From assembly GCF_009914755.1 (NCBI RefSeq), contig NC_060928.1: a stretch of DNA of 64,000 nucleotides; one strand, given 5' to 3'. The translations under genes were made by a program, and so were the position numbers. The notes below the pieces were generated by a model. The model ran no database searches. It was not told the origin of the DNA and saw nothing but the letters and a program-made list of their open reading frames with translations. This document shows positions 48,466 to 64,000 of the stretch, piece by piece. Source of the DNA: the human T2T-CHM13v2.0 reference genome, Homo sapiens. Each line of letters starts with the position of its first letter. The stretch's first letter is position 1.

Positions 48466-48756
48466 GATCAGGCATGGTGGCTCACGCCTGTAATCCCAGC
48501 ACTTTGGGAGGCTGAGGCAGACGGATCACACGAGGCCAGGAGTTCCAGACCACCCTGGCCAAAATGGTGAAACCCAGTCTCTACTAAAAATACAAAAATT
48601 AGCTGAGTGTGGTGGGGTGCACCTGTAATCCCAACTACTTGGGTGGCTGAGGTGCAAGAATCCCTCGAACCTGGGAGGTGGAGGTTGTAGAGCCGAGATT
48701 GCACCACGGCACTCCATCCTGGGTGACAGAGTGAGACCCTGTCTCAAAAACAAAAA
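48466..48756 (+). mobile_element. Alu (AluS-like)
   Basis: TSD aag(a/g)tagcctattta. Confidence 0.94.
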
Positions 48757-50038
48757 AAGGTAGCCTATTTAGGAGCTTGCTAAAATGGTCTTATTTCTTG
48801 TGAGCATTCACATTTTGTACGTTATGTAAGAATTTTTAAAAATCAATAATGGTGGATACTTTCCTTGATCAGTATACCGTAACTCTTTGGGAAGTGTATT
48901 ACATAATCAGAAGGGAGTTCCCATGGGATTGACATGTAGTACAGTACTGCCTCTTTTTTTAATACCTAAAATGGTTTTTCATGTAAATACCTGTTTGGAA
49001 TGTTTTGAATCAAGAAAAATATTGCACCTGGATTCTGATTCCTCGACACAACAAAACAAGCATATAGTGAATAAAAACAATAATCTCCAAGTCCCTTGCT
49101 TTAGGGTGTTTCCACCTTGCTTAAGGAAAGTAGGCACCTGGAAGTTATAACCAATGAAAGAAGGTGACTCCTCTGTCAGCTGAAATAATGACAAATGCAT
49201 TATTTAATCAACCTGAAATAATGTTTTTTTCTTCCCCATGTTACCTTGAAAAAGCAAGCAGGAATACTGATCAATTTCTACATATATTCCATTCTCAAAC
49301 TTAATTTTTAAACTCTGTTTCTAACATTCATTTTTCCTTAATCCTACCTATGTAAAATATAAGGGTTCATGAAAGTTCTACAACATAGCTAACTGGCCTC
49401 GGGTCCCAGGCCTCTTGGAAAAGACCTCTTCTAGGTCCTGTAGCACTCCAGGATCAGTATCTATTTTAAAACATAAAGTCAAATATGAACATGAGCCACA
49501 TTTATTTAAGAAATACACATATATAATATTTTGATTTTTTTTATTGTTTACATTTTTAACATACCTAAAAATTTGTAAAATATTGGATATAAATCAACCT
49601 GAAAGAAAACTAACCATTTTTCAAGGATACATCATCAACAAAACTGCTAAATATTTCTGGTTTATCAAGTTCAATCAACTTGTTTTTTCTTTGATCTTCC
49701 CAAATGAAATTTACATTAATGACAAAAGCAAACCACTTTTCTTTTGGGAAACAGAGGGTCACCATTATTAACTATTTCGTTACTCTCTCCTAGTCACTAT
49801 TCCTCACACTTTACTGGCCATTTGAAACTTAGTTAGAGTTCCTTTATTAAAAGAACTAGATCAAACAATAGACTTTGAATATGAAATTATTTTTCACATT
49901 AATTTTACAAATAGTGTAACACAAATTTATTTTACAAGTTTAAATAAAGTACCTTTCCACCTTCTTAAAAGATTCCTCACCTCCTAAATAGAAATCGCAG
50001 GGGAAACAATGCTATTAAGGATCATATATAAGATAGTA

Positions 50039-50192
50039 GTGGTGCACCTGCAGTCCCAGCTTCTCAGGAGATTGAGACAGGAGAATCACCTGAGCCTGGG
50101 AAGTGGAGGTTGCAGTGAACCGAGATCGCACACCACTGCACTCCAGCCTGGGAGACAGAGCAAGATACCGTCTCACCAAAAAAAAAAAAAAA
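50039..50192 (+). mobile_element. Alu right-arm fragment
   Basis: gtggtgcacctgcagtcccagc...poly-A. Confidence 0.88.
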
Positions 50193-50338
50193 ATAGAACG
50201 GATGAAAGGGGCCTAACAGATAGAAGAAACTGATTAAAATATAACTAATTTAATTATTTCCTAGAAGCCAATAGAAACACTGTAACATTTATTTTCTGGG
50301 TAGATCTCATGAATTGATCCTCAAAGGCAATTTAAAAA

Positions 50339-50837
50339 TCTGTCGTTTGGAGGGTCTAGTTTCTTAAGACATCGTGATACTGTCCATGAGGATACCAGTG
50401 GTGTTTAGTAGGAAAGAACATTTTGCCGAGTTGTTCTATCATGGGTTTCTCAAGATGCTTACCTTTATCTTCCAATCTAGTTTTCAGCACTTGAACATAT
50501 GTTTCTTCATTATCATGCACAGAATCTGATTGAGGGTTTGTTTTGTATGCTCATATGAAATGTCCACAGAATGGTGGTAGCACACTATTGTTCTGCCATC
50601 AGATATCACAGCAAGCTCTTCTTTGCAATTACAGTCATCTGGTAGAGAAGAATATGGAGATTTATGACAAACAATATAAAACTCTGTTTTGGATTGGTAA
50701 TATTGGAACTATTCAAGATAGTTCTTTTTGATAGCACCCATTTTGCTGCTGCTACAGCCATGGTGTTTCAAGATGCTTACCAAGTGGTATGAAAAAAAAA
50801 TGTTCTGAAGAGAAACTGCTTTTAAAATCTGCTTCTA
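50339..50837 (-). pseudogene. MRPL42P1: Processed pseudogene of mitochondrial ribosomal protein L42 (CDS-homologous part 50339-50761 plus putative 5'UTR)
   Basis: Reverse-complement translation across frameshifts gives [16 protein letters not shown] / [10 protein letters not shown] / [43 protein letters not shown] / [50 protein letters not shown] / KKLDPPNDR, collinear with MRPL42 and intronless. The P1 suffix is from memory and less certain than the parent gene. Confidence 0.9.
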
Positions 50838-52335
50838 TATTTCGTTTGAAAACCAGCACAAGACAAGGATGCCCTCTCTCTCCATTCCAATTCAACATAG
50901 TATTGGAAGTTCTGGCCAGGTCAATCAGGCAAGAGAAAGAAAAAAAGTGTATTCGAATAGGAACAGAGGAAGTCAAACTGTCTTTGTTTGCAGATGACAT
51001 GATCCTATATATAGAAAACCCCATCATTTCAGCCCAAAAGCTTCTTAGGCTGATAAGCAACTTCAGCAAAGTCTCAGGATACAAAATCAATGTGCAAAAA
51101 TCATTAGCATTCATATTCACTAACAACAGACAAGCAGAAACCCACATCATGAATGAACTCCCATTCACAATTGCCACAAAGAGAATAAAACAACTAAGAA
51201 CACAGCTAACAACAGAAGTGAAAGATCTCTTCAAGGAGAATTACAAACCACTGCGCAAGGAAATCAAAGAGGACACAAGCAGATGGAAAAACATTCCATG
51301 TTCATGGATAGGAAGCATCAATATCGTGAAAAATATTCCCATTACACTACCTACCATTGACATTCTTCGCAGAATTAGAGAAAAACTATTTTAAAATTCA
51401 TATGGAACTGAAAAAGAGCACACATAGCCAAGACAATCCTAAGCAAAAAGAACAAAGCTGGAGGCATCAAGCTACCTGACTTCAAACTATACTACAAGGC
51501 TACAGTAACCAAAAGAGCATGGTACAGGTACAAGAACAGACACATAGACCAATGGAACAGAATAGAGAATCTAGAAATGAGACCACACACCTACAACCAT
51601 CTGTTTTTTGACAAACCTGACAAAAACAAGCAATGGGGAAAGGATTTCCTATTTAAAAATTGGTTCTAGGAGAACTGGCTAGCCATATGCAGAAAAATGA
51701 AACTGAACCCCTTCCTTATACCATATACAAAAATCAAAACTCAAGATGAATTAAAGACTTAAATGTAAAACCCAAAACTATAAGAACCCTAGAAGAAAAT
51801 CTAAGCAATACCATTCAGGACATAGGCATGGGCAAAGATTTCATGACGAAAACACCAAAAGCAATTGCAACAAAAGCAAAAATTGACAAATGGGATCTAA
51901 TTAAACTAAAGAGCTTCTACACAGCAAAAGAAACTATTATCAGATTGAATAGAAAACCTACAAAATCAGAGAAAATTTTTGCAATCCATCCTACTGACAA
52001 AGGTCTAATATCCAACATCTATAAGGAACTTAAACAAATTTACAAGAAGACAAAAACAGACAATTCCATTACAAAGTGGGTAAAGGACATGAACAGACTT
52101 TTCAAAAGAAGACATACATCCGGCCAACAATCATATGAAAAATAGCTCAACATTACTAATCATTAGAGAAATGCAAATCAAAACCACAATGGGATAACCA
52201 TCTCACCGTGGTACTAGGTGATGGAATGATCTGTGCAGCAAACCACCATGGCACACATTTACCTATGTAACAAACCTGCACATCCTGCACATGTACCCCA
52301 GAACTTAAAATAAAAATTAAAAAAATAAAATAAAA
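50838..52335 (+). mobile_element. 5'-truncated, internally deleted older primate L1 (roughly L1PA10-16)
   Basis: RT segment TRQGCPLSP...LFADDM (ORF 50789..51394); jumps to the 3' terminus near 52207; 15-bp TSD TAAAATCTGCTTCTA at 50823-37 and 52336-50. Confidence 0.93.
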
Positions 52336-52754
52336 TAAAATCTGCTTCTAGGCATATCAAATTGCATTCCTTGACAGCTCCTCACTGTGAGACCACCATC
52401 TTGTTTAAAGAAATATATTCTTTACTTTTGATATACAGAAAGAGATGTGAAGATAGTATATGATTAATCACAATACATTTCCTCACAAACTCATTGAAAC
52501 CTATTAAAAATTCTTAAAAACTCAAAACTTTTAACTTCGTATTAAAGTACTGGTCATTATGGTTACACAGAAAAAAATATGTTTTCAGATGAATACATGT
52601 ATAAATGTATATATTATAATGACCACAATTATCAGAATATATTAGGCTATGCTACTTGTACAACTCCATACTTTGTTTACTTAAGTGTCCTCTTGCTAGC
52701 ACAGCAAAAAGATATTAATATTTTACAAATAGTAATAAGAATAAACAAAGAACA

Positions 52755-59211
<6,457 letters not shown>

Positions 59212-59282
59212 AAGAATAAACAAGAACAAGTTATTATTTTGCTAGGTACAACCAACTAGTACTATATTAACAGCATGATGAA

Positions 59283-59637
<355 letters not shown>

Positions 59638-60659
59638 TCAGCACTGTTTTTAGCAACTGAACTGGCTTCCTTCTATCACATTAACACTATTAAAACTTGA
59701 TAAAGAGTTCTTTAGAGTTAAAAGTATTTGAAACATTAGCAGAATAAAACTTGTAGAAAGCAATTTAATCAAAACACTTTCATTTAATAATGTCTAAAAA
59801 GGCTTTAACACACATACAACGGATTTTACCTGCTAAGAGTTGGTTTGCGTTTTTCCTCAGCACAATTTAGGGTTTAGGGCTTGTTTTACAGATAAGAAAA
59901 TGAAAGATTCAAGAGCACAAACAGTTAAGAATTGGAAAAAAATTCAGTACTCTAGTATTTCTGCCTTTATATATACTTACAAGTCTTGAAAATGCTTTTG
60001 CCACTGAATATTTTCCAACAATTTTTTTACATTATTTAAAATTAAGTGTTATTTTACTTTTTTCTTTTGACTGTGAAGTGAATTTCAACAAGGAAGTTCA
60101 ACTTGAAAACACTGTGCCCTGAATATTTTTGGCATCTTTACAAGAAAAGTGCTTTCCGGGGCAACTTCCTTTGGGTCTAGTATTTCAGCCAATATGCTAT
60201 GAGCAAAAGACACTGTGTTACTTTACTATTGTATTTCTTAAAGAATTACTTTAAAAACAAGTCAGTCCAAGGTGTAAAGTGAGTGAGTGTGTGTGTGTTT
60301 GTGCGTACGTGCAAGTCACACAGGCTTGGATTTGTTATATTTCCAAGGAGTGGGAAAATAAGTTTGATAAATTTGCAAACACGATGGTTGTTTTTTGTAC
60401 AGTCAGAGAACTACCATGGATATCACAATTCAGAAAAAAGAAAATATTCGCCTTTGAAATACTCTTGACCTCCTTATGTTCTCTTTCCTTTGTCTTATAA
60501 AAAGGTACAAAAGTGCCACGTATGTTTATCAATATTCTAATATTTGAATATATAAGAAATTTTACTGTACTTTAAGAAAGAAAAGAGTTCCATCTTCCAT
60601 GAAACTTCAGAATACTTCATGGAAAATTGTTCACACTAGGCAAATTCCAAATGTTAAGG

Positions 60660-61710
60660 AATTGGATTTCAGTTCTGGTTCTGCCAGAGTCTAGAATGAC
60701 CTTGGGTAATTTTTCTTCCCTGGGCTTAAGTTTTCTCATATGTACAGTGAGGGATTTTAACAAACTAATCTCTGAGGTCCTTTCCATCACTAAGATTCTA
60801 AGGCATCTTATATATAAAATAATTTTATAAAACTAGTTTTATAAAAAGTTGAAGAGAATTGATGTTCATAGAAAGGAATGCTAGTGAATAACTTTATGAC
60901 AATTAAACCTCCAGATATTTTTGGCCAATACTTCTGGACCTATTATTAGTGCAGTACATACTGGCTTTGTTCATTTCTACTTACTCTACTGTATTTCCAT
61001 GGCTGTAACTTGACAGCATATTTAACTTACATGGTCTTTTATTTAGTCATTCATCTTCTGTTTATTGAGTGCTTCCTATGTTCTAGACACTATGCTAGGT
61101 ACCTCATTTTCATTATTTCTAAAATAAGGATATTAGTAATATCTAAATATTAATATTTAGGGTCATTGAAAAAGTTAAATAAAATAGTCTGCATAAAGCA
61201 GTTAGTTTCTAACACATATTTAGGGATTAAATAACAATTGAGAAAAGGCACTTTCACATATTTAGAACACTGTACTCTAATTCTTCCATTTAAGCATGAG
61301 GAAAGAGAGGTTAAAAGAGGTTAAAACTGATCTGCCCACAGTCATACAACTACTTGTTGAGAGCAAAGAACATTCAGTGTTGTTTCTATCATATCCACGT
61401 TGCTTCTGAGCACAAATAATTCCACAATTTGTTTTTTTTTTTCATTCTTTTGCTCAGATTACAAAACATTGCCAGAAAAAAAAAATTACAAAACTAGGCA
61501 AATAAGTGTCCAGAGGGGCTGGCAGTCCTACTTAATCCTGTTAACAGCAATCCAGTTAGCTAGGATACCCTGCTACACACAGATGAAGAAACTGAGATTT
61601 ATGGAAGTTAATAGCTTTTCAAGATCACACAAACAATAAATGGCAATGTCAGGATTTAAATCTGTTTCTGTCCACGTACAAAAACCATACTATTTTATGA
61701 CACCATGTTG
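60660..61710. mobile_element. Cluster of MIR/L2 fragments
   Basis: MIR cores at about 60670-60800 (+), 61295-61360 (-) and 61575-61700 (-); L2-like tail at about 61045-61100. Confidence 0.55.
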
Positions 61711-62949
61711 CCCTTAAACATTTCTTTTCTTGGCTTTCTAACACTTTTAGTTCTGCCATTAGGATTAATTTAGGCTGCAGCTGGGGCAGAAGGTCAGGAA
61801 TCCAGTCTTCGTCAACATTTTCCTTAATGACATAGCTGAAGACAAAGAAGATATTACTAATTTTTGCAATACAAAAATAGAGGAAGAATAGTGAATCTTA
61901 TGAGATAAGATGAAACTTACTGGCATGAAACTTCAAAGCAAAATAAGATACTTAAAAGAAATGAAGAAAACCACTGATGGGGTTGCTTGTGCTCTGAGAC
62001 AGCATAAATATTTGTGTCCAAAAAAGAATAATGGCATTAAGATTTGGAAAACCTGGCTTCCTATCACTTTATAAAAGAGAAATAAATTAAAAATCAAGTA
62101 TTTTGAACATAAACTAATATTGGTTAACAAAGTGACACAATTGCAAAACAATCTTATTTAAACTATCCTGATAAGAAAACAGTGTCTGAACTATGGGAGG
62201 AAGTAATTTCTCCAAACCACAATTGGGGTAATTGCAAAAATCTGTTTTTATTTTTGGGCACCACATATTTTTCTGAAGTTGACAAGACAGCATCTTGAAT
62301 TCAGTCACATGGATGGTATGTGAGGCTTGTTACTGCATTTGCCAGGAACATGTTGATGAAGCCATTGTCAGTGAACATAGATAAGAGTCTCCTTAGATAC
62401 AGGCTCACATGGGGGAGAAAAGCATTTTAAACGATGACAGAAAAATGTTTTCCTGTTACTGATAACTTAAATATCTCATTCACTTTTGGTTTTAGAACAT
62501 AGCCAAACTGAAGTTTAAGTTACAGGCTCATGCATATATCTGTTCTTTTGCTCTCGCTCTTTACCTTTTACTCTTATTTTAATTCCTGATAGCTCTGATT
62601 GTTTTTTCTTATTTATGTTTGACCTCCATTTTTTATTATATGCCAGAATTTATTTAAAATCATTTAAATCATTTGTAGGATGAGGTGAAGTACTGTATAA
62701 TAAATGAATGAATATGTGGATTAGTGTAATATTTACTAGGCTTTCAAAAATCGTTGCTAGAGTGGAGTATTTTAGCTTAAAAACACAAAAGATATTTTCA
62801 GTGTTAACTACTATCTTATGAAAAAGGAGAATATAGATTTCTGTTGTTTCAAAGGACAGAAATAAGGCTAGTATGTGGAAATTACTAGGAGATAGATTCC
62901 AACTCATTGTGATGAACATTTTTTTGAGTTAGTCTTAAAAGGGCAATAA

Positions 62950-63095
62950 TAGGCTGCCCTGCAAAGCATTAGGTTTTCTATCACTGTTACCATATTTGAA
63001 CAGAAGCTGATAGCCCACTGGTGAGGATGATCCTCCATTGAGTGGGAGGCTGGACCAGATGAAATCTAAAGCTTTCTGTACTTTTGAGATTTTAA
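62950..63095 (+). mobile_element. L3/CR1 3' fragment
   Basis: gggaggctggaccagatga...ttttgagatttt tail. Confidence 0.5.
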
Positions 63096-63739
63096 TTAAA
63101 TACATATCATTGTCATCAATGATAATGGGATTCTATAAGAACATTTTTTTTTTTTTTTAGTAATCAGCATTAGTAATCATAATAATGGCACTAATGGCCA
63201 TCATAACCTAGTGTGGGACTTTACAGTTGCTTTTATCTAGGGCCTTATAAAAAGATATTTGTATAAGTATTTCTTCTCACCCCAATTTTAATGATAAGAA
63301 AATTAGAATGTTTCAATGTGAAATAACATACAAGGGTAATGAAATTGCCTACGCTGACCCTAAGTCAGCAAAAATTAAAGAGGCCACTAGTTAAACCACT
63401 AGCAGTGATTTACTAGCAAATGTTGACCTTGTTATGGCAGAGCCTTAGAAGGTCTGGGATGGATGGCCAGAAAAGTTTCAGCCAAGTAAGAGCTAGCTAA
63501 GATATCATGGATATTGAATTTGAACTTCCAGTGTTTAACAAAATGTCATGCTGCAGAGCTTTAGGAATCCAGTAAATACTGAAGTCCAGAATTCCTTGTA
63601 AGAGGAGAGAGGATCCTCAGGAACTCTCTCTCTCCTTCCCACTTCATCTGTGCCTTACTCGTTCAGACCAGCTACTTTCAATGACAAGGCACATTACTAT
63701 AGCAATCACTTAGAGACCCATGGGAAGAATGTTCTAGGC

Positions 63740-63922
63740 CAGTAATTCTCAACCTTGATCCTACTGACATTGGGGACTAGATAATTCTTTGTTGTGGGAG
63801 ACTGTCTTGTCCATTGTAGGATGTTTAGCAGCATCCCTGCCCGCAACTGTGACAACCAAAAATGTTTCCAACCATTGCCAAATGTCCATGGGAGAGAAAA
63901 CCACCCCCAGTTTAGAACTAGT
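63740..63922. mobile_element. MER20 (hAT-Charlie MITE)
   Basis: gataattctttgttgtggg...gtaggatgtttagcagcatccctg...tgtgacaaccaaaaatg...cattgccaaatgtcc. Confidence 0.88.
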
Positions 63923-64000
63923 CTTCCAGACATAGAGAATAGAGAATGCAAAGCCTTGAACAGCATGAGATGTTGTTGCGGAAGCAGGAACAGATCATTC

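Noticed and set aside
48764-48773. Perfect CArG boxes (CCTATTTAGG at 48764, CCATAAATGG at 25629)
   Set aside because: A few perfect CArGs are expected by chance in 64 kb of AT-rich DNA; these are isolated and lie at repeat junctions.
59900-60560. Apparently unique segment with a TG-rich patch and TACGTG
   Set aside because: No coherent ORF, splice-site pair or motif cluster that I can support; it might be regulatory but the evidence is insufficient.

Overview
Human (or very close primate) genomic DNA, AT-rich and repeat-dense. The window holds the last four coding exons of MYOZ2 (myozenin-2/calsarcin-1/FATZ-2) on the + strand: 5942-6111, 13095-13224, 19285-19468 and 41035-41269. Their GT-AG junctions splice into one frame ending ...PESEDL*, followed by a ~1.6 kb 3'UTR. 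The N-terminal exons lie upstream of the window. Downstream is a frameshifted processed pseudogene of MRPL42 on the - strand, which the ORF track misses; an L1 appears to split its 5' part. The rest is a TE landscape: an old antisense L1M, a near full-length Tigger1, back-to-back solo LTR8 and LTR12C in intron 5, MaLR LTRs, hAT MITEs (MER1B, MER5A, MER20, MER45A), L2/MIR relics, about 20 Alus and a full-length dead L1PA. Almost all other ORF-track entries are repeat-derived noise. I found no convincing wholly new system. The best leads are a sense LTR12C promoter upstream of an in-frame strong-Kozak ATG in the last exon, a stop-free 300-nt exon 3-4 circle, a PxIxIT-like motif, and two perfect hairpins. 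Family and subfamily calls are from recalled consensus sequences, not from a search.
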